Source: an uncultured virus (IMG/VR IMGVR_UViG_3300035498_001578) (Duplodnaviria > Heunggongvirae > Uroviricota > Caudoviricetes). From it: 64,000 bases of DNA. Position numbers and translations under genes: made by a program. The DNA lies in the IMG/VR virus record IMGVR_UViG_3300035498_001578. The stretch is one strand, 5' to 3'. Below the pieces are notes generated by a model that was not told the origin of the DNA, searched no databases, and was given only the letters and a program-made list of their open reading frames with translations. This document shows, piece after piece, positions 34,186 to 45,052 of the stretch. Position 1 is the first letter of the stretch. Each line of letters begins with the position of its first letter.

Positions 34186-34428
34186 TTATCTATATTCTTC
34201 AATATAGTTATTCATTTCTTCTTCCATATCCATATCATTGATTATCTGCTCAAACTTATCTTTAGTTATAGGCTCATACATTGACATTTCAGTATCACCA
34301 TAAAAGGCTTGATAATGTCTTTCCTTATAACCCTTTGAACTTGTGTAATAGCCTAAATAAATATAAGTCAGTTGACTTCCTCTCTTTTTCAATTCCTTAT
34401 TAAATTCTCTCAATGTCATAATCGTCAA
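34186..34428 (-). CDS. Hypothetical protein
   Basis: 80 aa with promoter, RBS and terminator. Confidence 0.7.
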   Translation of the reverse strand: MTIMTLREFNKELKKRGSQLTYIYLGYYTSSKGYKERHYQAFYGDTEMSMYEPITKDKFEQIINDMDMEEEMNNYIEEYR

Positions 34429-34889
34429 GCTCCTTTCATTAGCTCTTTAAAAATCAAGTGTTCGGTTTTGTTTAGTTAAGACCTTACTCTTAACTTCTAA
34501 ATATATTATAGCATATTATTTAGAAAAAGTCTAATACTTAAAACTTATATTTATTATAAGTTTATAATTATAAATAAAAATTTATATTTAGAAAACATTT
34601 ATAGAAAATATTCAGAAAATTATTTAAAAAATATTCAGAAAAACTTTCGCAGCATTCCGCAGCTCGCCCCTGCACTAACTATTAAATGATTTATTAAAGA
34701 AGTGTTTATTTAAGAAAAAAGTTTTAAATATTTAAAATTGATATTTATTTAAGAAAAAATATTTAAAAAAGATATTTGATGAATGTTATGGGTTTAAATA
34801 AATCGTTTAATAGTTAGAAAAAGAATTCAAAAAAGAAGTTAAAAAAAGAGATTAAAAAAAATAATTTTTAAATAAAAAACAAGTAGGTT

Positions 34890-35288
34890 TTACCCTACTT
34901 GTTCGACAGCGACCAATCGACAATTGTCGATATTGGTACGCATACCATTAGAGAAGTACGCATACCTACACTGCACACGACCGTATCTGTCGCAGAACGG
35001 TCTTATGTCAGTGACAACAGCGACAGTGCCAACAGGGACTTTTCGTCCCTTGAACACCTCAACAGTATCACCCTTACAGATGATACCATTGTGGTTCAAC
35101 CACAAATGACGAACCTCGTCATTCAGCGGAATTTTATAGAGTTCCGCATTCTCTCGCTCCACCTGTGGGTTGTCAGCATCCCACACGATTTTGCTAAAGG
35201 ACTCCCCTGTTACAGGGTTGAAAAAAGTTGCCTCTGTAACAGAAAAACCAGCCTCGTTTACCTTAAAAAATCTATTCATAGTTGTCAT
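34890..35288 (-). CDS. Hypothetical protein with SH3/KOW-like C-terminus, GC-richer than neighbours
   Basis: KGDTVEVFKGRKVPVGTVAVV; own promoter. Confidence 0.7.
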   Translation of the reverse strand: MTTMNRFFKVNEAGFSVTEATFFNPVTGESFSKIVWDADNPQVERENAELYKIPLNDEVRHLWLNHNGIICKGDTVEVFKGRKVPVGTVAVVTDIRPFCDRYGRVQCRYAYFSNGMRTNIDNCRLVAVEQVG

Positions 35289-35527
35289 AATTAAAATCCC
35301 CTTTCGAATTAAATATAATGTATTGAGTTTACGCTTGTTAAGAGGAGCTATGTGCTTTCCCTTAACTTCTAAATATATTATAGCATACTATTTAGAAAAT
35401 GTCCAATACTTTAAACCTATATTTATTATAAGTTTTTTATTATATGGGTAAAATTAAATATTTTATCAAATCATTAAATACCAAATTTTTACTTGACAAC
35501 CAATTTATGATATGTTATTATAATATT

Positions 35528-35700
35528 GTGAAAATAATAAGCACCCATATTTTTGTAAAAAAGTATGTTATGGTGACTTCGGGTGATTTGCCATCCGTAG
35601 GGTGAGGGTAGCTCATTTCACATACAGTTCAACGCTGCTGTAGAGCTTTAAGGTTACACCGAATTGATGTAGTAATCCACCACTCACCAAATTTAGTATA
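35528..35700 (+). ncRNA. Candidate structured ncRNA
   Basis: TTGACA-17-TATTAT promoter at 35493-35521, no ORF, several nested stems. Confidence 0.55.
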
Positions 35701-35818
35701 TAATATAAACATTCTTTATTGATTGTTTACTTGTGTTTTTGTGAGAATAAAGTAAATATTTTAATTCAATATCGAATAGTTTATATTGATATATTAAAAA
35801 GTAAATTTAAACTTTTAT

Positions 35819-36025
35819 TTAATAATTGATTGTATTATAAGTTTTTTTATTTATTGCCCTGTTATAATTACTTTCATAATAACCATAAGTAATAAAGTTT
35901 TTATCTATCTGTGTATCATATCCAAAGGCTTGTATATCCAATTTCTTCATTGGTATACCTGTGATATTTTTTACTTTTCTTTTTAAACTATTCTCTCTAT
36001 CTCTACTTAATTTTGTCATAATCAT
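35819..36025 (-). CDS. Small basic protein
   Basis: 68 aa, directly after 36032-36571. Confidence 0.6.
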   Translation of the reverse strand: MIMTKLSRDRENSLKRKVKNITGIPMKKLDIQAFGYDTQIDKNFITYGYYESNYNRAINKKTYNTINY

Positions 36026-36031
36026 TCCCCC

Positions 36032-36571
36032 TTACTTAATTTCAAATAACAGTGCGTGAATTTTATCATATTTACGACTTGATGGGTTTTTAAATTTACT
36101 ATTTATTTCCACCATACCTTTCAATCCACAATTGTTTTGAATAAACACCCAAGCAAGTTCGATAGCACTTGACCAAGTAGAAGAAAATGTAAAATGAGTA
36201 ATTCCAAATTTTCTAAACAAGTTTATATATTCAATTGCACTTTCATTTCTGTGACAATCAATATCAACATAATCATTATTCCTGTCTTTCATACTTTCGT
36301 AAAGGGCAAATACACCTTCGTATTCCTCTCCTTTTTCTCGGATTTTAGCTCTAAAAGCATCATATTTTTCGAGAATTTCTTTTCTAATATCTCCGTCTTT
36401 TTCATTACAAAGACTTGTTGCTATTTCTCTTATTTTTGAGTATTCATTCTCAAAATCATTAGAAATAACTTCTTCATTATTCTGCTGTTCAAGAAAATCT
36501 CTTTCATTATTTACTCTATCTTCAAGAGTTTCAAATGCACTTGTTGTTTTTACTGATTTAATGTTAATCAT
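36032..36571 (-). CDS. Phage-type protein (DUF7698-like, from memory)
   Basis: GITHFTFSSTWSSAIELAW...GMVEIN. Confidence 0.7.
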   Translation of the reverse strand: MINIKSVKTTSAFETLEDRVNNERDFLEQQNNEEVISNDFENEYSKIREIATSLCNEKDGDIRKEILEKYDAFRAKIREKGEEYEGVFALYESMKDRNNDYVDIDCHRNESAIEYINLFRKFGITHFTFSSTWSSAIELAWVFIQNNCGLKGMVEINSKFKNPSSRKYDKIHALLFEIK

Positions 36572-36850
36572 TTTTCATAACCCCTTTCAAAAGTTACAAG
36601 TATTTTTTTGTTTACAAGTATATTATAGCATATAAGGCAATGAATTTCAAATACTTTAATCTTATAATTATTATAATATTTTTATTATATGTTAGCTGAA
36701 CCCTGTGTAGCACTCCCTGTGGTTATTATTAAATGATTTAATAAGTAACGAGAGAGCTGAATTGTTAAAAAATTAACAATTATAATATATTTTTTCATTA
36801 TATATTTTTCTAAAAATAAAAAAGGTGAGGTTTTACCCTCACCCTATTTA

Positions 36851-37450
36851 TTAAAACATTGGTAATTCTTCTTCATATTGCATACTGTAATCAGCTGTTA
36901 TGAACTCTTGCAATTCTTCCTTAGTCATAAGTTTCGCATTCTTATTTATGAATTGTATATTTTCTTCCGTCACCTCATCGATTGCATAATCTTCAACATC
37001 TTGCATATCCCACTTCAAATATTCCCTTGCCCTCAATGGACGATTAGGTCTCCAATTTGTAAAGCAATATTTAATGGTTTTTGTGTTGTAATTAAGGTCG
37101 ATAAATAACTTTCCATCGTTGTTATCCTGTCCGTCAAACACATAATCATTAAATTTACCAAGGTTATATTGAGTATGATTATCGTTATAGTCCTTGATAA
37201 TATCCATAGAAGTGGTAACTTCTCTTGTATCAAAGTCAACATCAAAATACCTTCTCAACTTTTCCTGTGAGGTTTTGTTGTAACAAATGATATTTGTGTT
37301 GTAATTGTCTATATAAGACTTTATATATTCAATGCCACTTCTTGCCCTACTAACCATTGCATCACCATAATTCCACTGATAATAGTTAGCTAACAATGTA
37401 ACCTCTTCATTTTCTGTTAATCTTACATAAATCTGTGAACGCTGTCCCAT
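36851..37450 (-). CDS. Phage-type hypothetical protein
   Basis: MGQRSQIYVR...YYQWNYG..MVSRA...DNNDGKL. Confidence 0.8.
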   Translation of the reverse strand: MGQRSQIYVRLTENEEVTLLANYYQWNYGDAMVSRARSGIEYIKSYIDNYNTNIICYNKTSQEKLRRYFDVDFDTREVTTSMDIIKDYNDNHTQYNLGKFNDYVFDGQDNNDGKLFIDLNYNTKTIKYCFTNWRPNRPLRAREYLKWDMQDVEDYAIDEVTEENIQFINKNAKLMTKEELQEFITADYSMQYEEELPMF

Positions 37451-37905
37451 AAGTCAAAACTCCTTTCAAAATTCAAAACTTAGAATAATCTATTGTGTTG
37501 TTTACGCTTGTGAGTTAATCACTCTTAACTCTAAATATATTATAGCATACTACAAGAGAAATTTCAAATACTTAATATTTATAATGATTATAACATTTTT
37601 ATTATATGGTTATATATGGTGGCATTAAAAGAAGTTTAAGTAATTATCAAAAAGGTAATGTAAAGTATATAAGCCGTCAAACAGCTCTATTTTGCGTTTT
37701 AAGCGTTGTTTAAATATAAACCATAGATTTATTCATTAAATAATTACAAGGCTGTAAACGGCTAATATAAGCGTTTATTTAAGTATATTTTTTCGAAAAT
37801 ATTCAAACCCTGTGCTACCTTATTAAATGATTTATTAAAAATATTATGTTAAAGATATTTTGTTGTAATAAAAAAGGTGGGAGTTGAACCCACCTTTCAT
37901 ATTAT

Positions 37906-38586
37906 TTATTTTCTTTTCTTTGCTGTTATAGAAAATGTATCACCGCACTGTGAAAAACTAAAGTTTTCTGCAAGACCATCAGCGGCAATCGTTAAAATCA
38001 AAGTTAAAGGTTTTTTAAAGAATTTTGCAATATCTATTTCATTGCCGAATACTCTAACATATTCTTCACCAAGAATAATATTGTAAAGTATTGTAGTTTC
38101 ACCCTCTATATCATCTCTTGTAGCGGATAATTCAAGTTTAAATAAATCTGTGTTTAATTCATTTTGCCAATCATAAACGGCTTTTTTAATCTTGCAAGCT
38201 AAATCATTATATTTGCTAAGTGGTTTAAAAACAATCACTTCACTTGCTTTATTCGGTGTAACAATTTTACCATCTTCAATGGTATATTCTTTAAATAACC
38301 TGTTGCCGTATGTATTAGTTTCAATAAACTGAATATCTTCTTCGGCATCAGCATAAAGAAATTTAAAACCAAAGCCGAACCCATAGCATTTAAAAGCATT
38401 TATAGTATCAATAATCTCATCTGTTGCTTCTTCACACCATTCATATTCATTAAACTTTACTACATAGTAGCTGTTTTCTACTTTTTCAATACTTGATGGT
38501 ATTAAACAGTATTTCTGTAAAACATTGTTAATTTCCTCAAAAGCACTGTTCTGCATAACGATTGTAATATTCTGTATAAGTGACAT
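37906..38586 (-). CDS. Family-A protein with C-terminal extension, paralog of 45053-45775
   Basis: Shared L.PS.I.KV, FKPL..YND and LNT.LFKL segments. Confidence 0.8.
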   Translation of the reverse strand: MSLIQNITIVMQNSAFEEINNVLQKYCLIPSSIEKVENSYYVVKFNEYEWCEEATDEIIDTINAFKCYGFGFGFKFLYADAEEDIQFIETNTYGNRLFKEYTIEDGKIVTPNKASEVIVFKPLSKYNDLACKIKKAVYDWQNELNTDLFKLELSATRDDIEGETTILYNIILGEEYVRVFGNEIDIAKFFKKPLTLILTIAADGLAENFSFSQCGDTFSITAKKRK

Positions 38587-38881
38587 AATTCATAACCCCT
38601 TTCAAAATTAGCTGTTATAATGTTTACGGTTAGTAGTTAAGACCTCTCTCTTAACTCTAAATATATTATACCATACTATTTAGAAAATTTCAAATACTTA
38701 ATATTTATATTGATTATAGGATTTATGTTATAAGTTTGCCACACCCTGTCGCTGTCTATTAAATGATTTATTAAGAGAAATTATAACAAAAAAAAGGTGG
38801 ATTTTACTCCACCTCTTATATGGTCATATTTCTTATAATTACATTTCTTACAATCACCCCTCTTATAATTATTTCTTATAT

Positions 38882-39061
38882 TTATGCAAATTGATAATCC
38901 CAATTTGATACATTATTCAAATTATCATCTACCCAATTTTCAACAGCTTCTTCAAGCTCTATTGTCAGTGAGTGTTCGATAGGTACTGTTACTGTATAAC
39001 TTTCGCCTTCATAAGGATATACAGTAATTATTACTAAATCTATTATAGCTCTATCGTACAT
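38882..39061 (-). CDS. Small hypothetical protein (59 aa)
   Basis: Translated by hand: MYDRAIIDLVIITVYPYEG...; AAAGGTG RBS. Confidence 0.6.
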   Translation of the reverse strand: MYDRAIIDLVIITVYPYEGESYTVTVPIEHSLTIELEEAVENWVDDNLNNVSNWDYQFA

Positions 39062-39083
39062 TTATACTTCACACCTTTCATTG

Positions 39084-39380
39084 TTAATCTGTCAGCAATT
39101 CACTAATAATATTCAAGTCAATTGGAATTGTCATAACCTTGACTTCTGTATAATCATCTGTAGCCTGTACATCTTCTTCCTCGTTGTAAAACATCTTTTT
39201 GCAAGTATCTTCCACTTCAAATACATAAGGTGTATAGCCACTCATTTCTTCCTGTTGCTTTACAGCTGCATCAAGCCATTCATTCATAGCTGTAATAGCT
39301 TCTTTTTCAGTAGCAAAAGCTTTTGCTGTATAGTCACTATCATAAGTGTGTGTGACAGTCATAAGATATAATCTTCTCAT
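39084..39380 (-). CDS. Acidic hypothetical protein
   Basis: 98 aa with promoter and RBS. Confidence 0.7.
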   Translation of the reverse strand: MRRLYLMTVTHTYDSDYTAKAFATEKEAITAMNEWLDAAVKQQEEMSGYTPYVFEVEDTCKKMFYNEEEDVQATDDYTEVKVMTIPIDLNIISELLTD

Positions 39381-39632
39381 AATAAAACCCCTTTCAGTTT
39401 TAAATATATATTTTGTTTACGCTTAACAATTAAGTTTTCTTAACTGTTAAACACATTATATCACTTTTACTGTTAATTGTCAAGAGTTTTTTAAAATTTA
39501 ATTATTAAGAAATTATGAATAGTTGAAAAATATTATTTAATAAAACAATGTTTAATAAATGATTTAATAAAGTTTACAGAAGAAGTCTTTATAGAAAAAA
39601 TCTTTACATAAAAAAGGTGGATTGCTCCACCC

Positions 39633-40088
39633 TTACAGCTCATTTATTATCTTTTCAATCTGTTTAACTGTTCTCGTGTCACATTCTTTATAATCAATCG
39701 TTATAATGTGACTATATGATAAATCTTTATAAGTCAGATTGATTTCACCATTAGTCTTTATTTTAAAATTCTTCAATCTCTTACTTATATTTATTCTTTC
39801 GCCTTTTAGCTCTTTCAGCATTGCTTTATAAGTCTTATCTTTGGTGTTTATATAGATGCTGCCGTCAAACTTCTTATCAATAAAGCTGTAATTATCTGTA
39901 ATAATATCTCTATCAATAAAAGTCATAAAAGCCATACTGATTGATTTTTCCTTGCCGTAATCCAAAGAATTTACACAATTACAATTCTTATCAACCTTTT
40001 CTTGATACTTATAGAAAATATCTTCTATTTTCTCTCTGAACATTTCTTCGCTTATAGATATATTCATTTCTTTCATTATGAAAACCAC
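39633..40088 (-). CDS. Hypothetical protein homologous to the C-terminal half of 49675-50460
   Basis: YSFIDKKFDGSIYIN versus YSFIDREYDGTLWIN; both end IEK.I.EL. Confidence 0.75.
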   Translation of the reverse strand: MVFIMKEMNISISEEMFREKIEDIFYKYQEKVDKNCNCVNSLDYGKEKSISMAFMTFIDRDIITDNYSFIDKKFDGSIYINTKDKTYKAMLKELKGERINISKRLKNFKIKTNGEINLTYKDLSYSHIITIDYKECDTRTVKQIEKIINEL

Positions 40089-40564
40089 CTTTCAGATTTA
40101 AGTTGTGTTGTTTATATGTATTATAATATCACATATTCTGTTATTTGTCAAGTGTTTTTTAAGAAATAAATTATGAATATTTAGCAAAAAATAATTAGTT
40201 ACCCACATAGGGTATTTATCGAAAAATTTAAAATTTTCTAATAAGCTCTAAATGTTTTCTAAATATTATCTAATAATAAAACAACCCTCTTATTTTGCCT
40301 GTATTTGCGTTTTAAGAGGGCGTTTGTATTTACCGCATATTTCTATTCAATTATAATTAAATGAGCTAATAACAGCTTTATATTAAATAATAAAGTATAA
40401 ATATATTTAACAAACATTTCTTTAATAAATTATTTCTAATGCTGCTGTAATGTTTTTACTTAATAAATGATTTATTAGTTTTAAATATTTAAGAAGTTAT
40501 TTGATGAAAAAACTCTTAAATAAAAAGCTCTGTTTTTAAATAAAAATATTTATTAAATAATTTA

Positions 40565-40795
40565 TTAAGTATTATTCGGTTTTTCTTCAATTTCTACATT
40601 CATTATATAGCCTTCTGATGTATAATCAATATAATCATTTATCTTACTAAAGTCATAATCATTTATATTTTTTCTGTTCCATTCATTTACTAACCCGATT
40701 GCTATATCATAATCATCTGTACTGTAAATTGTTTTACTTATATTATTTGTTTTCCGCTCAATTAAATTTACTTTGTATATATACATTTCTATCAC
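40565..40795 (-). CDS. Hypothetical protein
   Basis: 76-aa ORF, GAGGTG RBS. Confidence 0.6.
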   Translation of the reverse strand: MIEMYIYKVNLIERKTNNISKTIYSTDDYDIAIGLVNEWNRKNINDYDFSKINDYIDYTSEGYIMNVEIEEKPNNT

Positions 40796-41029
40796 CTCAA
40801 TTTATATACAAAAACATTCCTGTTGTATTATTGTTTATTTTGCCTTGTACGCTGCGTAAATAATTATATGGATAAATTATAAAGGAATATTAAACATAGT
40901 CTTAAAACGGCAAAATAAATTAAAATAAAGGGTGTTTATAATTAAAACACCCGTATATATTATTTAAAAATATTTAATTATAAAAAGAAGTTTTGATTTA
41001 TAAGAAAAGTCTTTGTGAATATAAAAATT

Positions 41030-41266
41030 TTAATTATTATATATTACTTCATTACTTAATAAATAAACCAATCTACCTATACTTGTACTTTTAACTTCCG
41101 TATCACCATCGGCTGTGGTATAATTATCATTTAACTTTGCAATATAAACATTTCTATATTTTCTTAATTCTTGACTATATTCCCCATTCTCCAAGACAAA
41201 TATTGTTTTTATTCTGTGTTGGCAATGTGAGGGAATAAACTTCATTACCTTTTTTTCAATAATCAT
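41030..41266 (-). CDS. Hypothetical protein
   Basis: 78-aa ORF, AGGCGGTG RBS. Confidence 0.6.
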   Translation of the reverse strand: MIIEKKVMKFIPSHCQHRIKTIFVLENGEYSQELRKYRNVYIAKLNDNYTTADGDTEVKSTSIGRLVYLLSNEVIYNN

Positions 41267-41444
41267 ATATTCACCGCCTTTTGATATTTTTACTATAATT
41301 AAATTTTATTTTGGTATGTTTATGAAATATTTCTATAAATAAACAATACCACATTTTTTATGTTTTGTCAATAAAAATATTATAAAAAACAGGGATATTA
41401 AAAAATCCCTGTTATAAATTACTATATTATTAATAATATCTCTT

Positions 41445-41711
41445 TTAATGATATACTACCCATACAGATGGATAATCATAATCCCTATCTGTATGAAAGC
41501 TCTCCACATTGATATCAAAATATTCGGATAAAGCTCTTGACAATTCAAAACCTAATATAGCTTCACCACTTTCGTAATAAGCATATAATCCATCTTCTTC
41601 AATGCTCATTTCGATTTTTTCATTCTTATAGATTTCTTCTATAATATTTTTAAAAGTATCAAAATCAATAGTAATACATTTTTTCAACATAGTTTCCTTT
41701 ACATTTTTCAT
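41445..41711 (-). CDS. Hypothetical protein resembling the C-terminal domain of 41871/42624
   Basis: LSEYFD...SVWV aligns with ISEFLG...AWL and IGEFLG...TVWI. Confidence 0.7.
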   Translation of the reverse strand: MKNVKETMLKKCITIDFDTFKNIIEEIYKNEKIEMSIEEDGLYAYYESGEAILGFELSRALSEYFDINVESFHTDRDYDYPSVWVVYH

Positions 41712-41870
41712 TTTAAAAACCTCCTTGAAATATTTATTATTTAATTTCTAAGTATATTATAACAAATTATTATGTAAATTGCAATTACTTTAATTTTATA
41801 TTTATTATAATTTTATGATTATACATCAATAAAAAAGGTGAGATAACTTCTCACCTTTCATTTTTAGTAA

Positions 41871-42422
41871 TTAAGCAAGCCATAGCCAAGCATTTCCATT
41901 TTCATCTCCATCTTCATCGATATTGTGTTCGATAATCACATCAAGAACCTGTTCTCCAAGAAATTCAGATATTTTTTTATGAACGTCAAGATAGGGTATT
42001 TCTTCGTTATCTGCATTGTAAAAACAAGTACAACCATTTACTTCTTTTATTTTAACACATTCAAAGTCAGTTATTCTCCACACCATTTCTTCAAAATATA
42101 TAAACTCACAAGCTATCATTTTTCTTTGGGGAGAAAGGTATGCTTCGCAATCTTCTACCTCCATACAACTTTTGAGTTTATATCCCTCTGTTTTAAGTTC
42201 GTCAATAGATACCATATATCTATTATCTACATTTGAAATATCTTCACTCTTACAGTTTATGCAAGTTGGAGCATAATCATCGTCTTCAAAATAATAGTGA
42301 AAAAGAAGCATCAAACTACCGCATTTATTACATTTGCAAAAATGTCCTTTTTTTCTATAACAACCATCCATATATGCAACTACATTTACAATTCCTTTTG
42401 TTGCTACTTCTTTCATAATCAT
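41871..42422 (-). CDS. Zinc-ribbon fusion protein (copy 1)
   Basis: FCKCNKCGSLML...CINCKS. Confidence 0.75.
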   Translation of the reverse strand: MIMKEVATKGIVNVVAYMDGCYRKKGHFCKCNKCGSLMLLFHYYFEDDDYAPTCINCKSEDISNVDNRYMVSIDELKTEGYKLKSCMEVEDCEAYLSPQRKMIACEFIYFEEMVWRITDFECVKIKEVNGCTCFYNADNEEIPYLDVHKKISEFLGEQVLDVIIEHNIDEDGDENGNAWLWLA

Positions 42423-42623
42423 AATTAAAAACCTCCTTAAAATTCTTAAACTAACTTTTTTGTTTACAACTATATTATATCAGATAAAGTCATAAATTGC
42501 AAATACTTTAATCCTATATTTATTATTGCTTTATAATTATATGCCTATTGTTTTAATAAATTATTTAACAACAACATACAAATAAAAAAGGTGAGATAAT
42601 CTCTCACCTTTCATTTTTAGTAA

Positions 42624-43172
42624 TTATCCTCTTACTTCAATCCATACAGTTTCAAAATCAAAACCTGTGTTATCGGTTTCGTGTTTAATATGCAAGTCAA
42701 TAACTTCTTCTCCGAGAAATTCGCCTATTTTATCAAGAACATCTCTATAAGACATTTCGTCATCGTCTGCATTGTAAAAATTAACTTCGCTGTTTTTTTC
42801 TTCCATTACAATATCTTCATAGTTAAATATTCTCCATAAGATTTCTTCAAATGCAAATAATGGACTTACTATTGTTTTTCTTGGAGCAAAGTATATATCA
42901 CAATCTTCCAAAACCATACGGCTTTTGAGCTTATATCCTTCGTCTTTAAGTTCTTCAATAGATACTGTATCTCTATTATCCACATTTGCAATATCATCGC
43001 TCTTACAGTTTACACATACAGCAATTTCATTATCGTTATTATAATCAATATCAATAAACAACATCAAACTACCGCATTTATTACATTTGCAAAATGCACC
43101 CTCTGTATTATAGTTGTCAGCATTATATGCACATACATTTACAAGTTTTGTTGCTACATCTTTCATAATCAT
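42624..43172 (-). CDS. Zinc-ribbon fusion protein (copy 2)
   Basis: FCKCNKCGSLML...CVNCKS. Confidence 0.75.
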   Translation of the reverse strand: MIMKDVATKLVNVCAYNADNYNTEGAFCKCNKCGSLMLFIDIDYNNDNEIAVCVNCKSDDIANVDNRDTVSIEELKDEGYKLKSRMVLEDCDIYFAPRKTIVSPLFAFEEILWRIFNYEDIVMEEKNSEVNFYNADDDEMSYRDVLDKIGEFLGEEVIDLHIKHETDNTGFDFETVWIEVRG

Positions 43173-43252
43173 AATTTATTCCACCTTTCAAATTTTTAAG
43201 TTACGGGATTGCTAATAATTCTTACAATATTAACAATCCCTACAATATTTAC

Positions 43253-43498
43253 TTACTGAATTTCAATTATATAACCCTCGGCTTCAAGCTCTTCAAGAGT
43301 TACTTCCTGTCTCTCGTCTGCCCATTCGAGATTTTCACTTTCACAATCTCCGCAAGCTGTACCACCCAACTGCATAAGCATAAGACAGCCACAATCATTA
43401 CACCTTACAAAGTCACCTAAATGATTTTCGTTAAGCTCATCAATATAAACCTTTACTACTTCCTTAATCATAATCAAGTCCTCCTTTAAAAACTTCAA
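43253..43498 (-). CDS. Stand-alone zinc-ribbon protein
   Basis: FVRCNDCGCLML...CGDCES...EELEAEGY; true start probably the ATG at 43471. Confidence 0.75.
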   Translation of the reverse strand: MKFLKEDLIMIKEVVKVYIDELNENHLGDFVRCNDCGCLMLMQLGGTACGDCESENLEWADERQEVTLEELEAEGYIIEIQ

Positions 43499-43643
43499 TC
43501 AAGTATTTGTTTTTGTTTACAAGTATATTATAGCACATCATTTAATAAATTGCAAATACTATAAACCTATATTTATTATAACATTTTAATTATATCGTGT
43601 GGAGTGATAAATAAAAAAGGGTGGAATATCCACCCTAATTTTA

Positions 43644-44690
43644 TCAAATTTTTTCTACTGTAATAGAATCTTTTATTACAAGATTGCCATTCGCAAGTTT
43701 AGCAATGTATTTCGTATCATTCTTTTTCTCTGTGTTTTCAAACAGTGTTCCTGTTTGGAGTGCAATGTTTTTATCCTCTGTAAGGTTGCGAACTAATTTC
43801 TTAATCTTGAATTTAAGGTCTGCTGTAACCGCATCAAGATAAATTTTCTTTGTTGAGTTATCCATAAGTTGAATAATCTGATTTTGTTTATTTAATTCAT
43901 CTTGTAAAACCAAATGATAAGCATTCAATTTTCCACCTTTGGCTCGTTGATTTTCAAAATCCGTTATTGTTGGAACTTTTATTAAGTCATCTATATCAAT
44001 AGTAGTAATTCTAACCTTTTTTGAACCACTAACTACTTTTTGTTTTCCAACGCCAACATACTCTCTTTTTTCATTTATTCCGTGGTCACGAAGGACTGTT
44101 TTCTGCTCTTCATTGTAAATTGAGGGATAAGTTTTAAACTTGCAATTGTTATACAATGCCTTTACTACTTTTTCCTTTAATTTTAAAACATTAAGCTCGT
44201 TTTTTCTTTCATATAAAGACTCATTGCTAACATTTTTTGTAGTATCAAAAATTGGTCTGCCTGTAAGAGTTATATCGGCTCTTATCTCGTTAGCCGAATA
44301 TTCTCTGATATTTTCCAAAAAATCCATATCGTTAGCTAATCTTTTTGATACAACAACATCCATCGTAGGGATATTAATTTTATTATCGCAAACATAGGCT
44401 TGGTCTTCAAAATTTTTAACATCCTCTACCATATTACTTAACCCTACTCTTTTTGCCGTATTAGGATTAAGTTTTACTTCGCCTTTTACAACATTCTTTA
44501 CAATAACATTGGCTTTATTTTCAGTTATTGAAAAATTCATAGGTGTCAATGTTAATTCTTTGTATGGTACAAAAACACCAAAGGTCTGTACTACCTGTGG
44601 TGTTATGCGGCTATAATTACTCGCATATACCACCTTTGCTTGATTTTTTTCAAGCGTGTTGAAAATCTCTAAAACTGATTTTGTTGCCAT
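43644..44690 (-). CDS. Hypothetical protein, paralog of 54729-55784
   Basis: Shared LNP.TAK.VGL, NIPTM, MDFLEN..EYS, GGK.LNA. Confidence 0.8.
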   Translation of the reverse strand: MATKSVLEIFNTLEKNQAKVVYASNYSRITPQVVQTFGVFVPYKELTLTPMNFSITENKANVIVKNVVKGEVKLNPNTAKRVGLSNMVEDVKNFEDQAYVCDNKINIPTMDVVVSKRLANDMDFLENIREYSANEIRADITLTGRPIFDTTKNVSNESLYERKNELNVLKLKEKVVKALYNNCKFKTYPSIYNEEQKTVLRDHGINEKREYVGVGKQKVVSGSKKVRITTIDIDDLIKVPTITDFENQRAKGGKLNAYHLVLQDELNKQNQIIQLMDNSTKKIYLDAVTADLKFKIKKLVRNLTEDKNIALQTGTLFENTEKKNDTKYIAKLANGNLVIKDSITVEKI

Positions 44691-45052
44691 AGAAATTCCT
44701 CCTTCAAATAATAAAACTTAGGGTATTATTCTTAATCAAACAATTAAGAACTTTTTTAATCTAACAATATTCTACCACTTTTTTTATTGTTTGTCAATAC
44801 TATTCTCTAAAATTTTATAAGAAAATTATAAAAAAATTACTTAAATCACTTTAGAATTAAACTTGATTATGTAAATATATTTTAGATTTTGCATAACCTA
44901 AAACATTTATAGGATTTTTTATAAGGTTACTTTAATAAATGATTTAATAAGCATTGGGACATACTTTGTTAAAAATTAACAATCATAATATATTTTTTCA
45001 TTATATATTTTTCTAATAATAAAAAAGGTGAGATTTCTCCCACCTTTATATT

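Noticed and set aside
34607..34644. Tandem CodY-like boxes (AATATTCAGAAAATT)
   Set aside because: Near-matches are expected by chance at this AT content and there is no consistent position across cassettes
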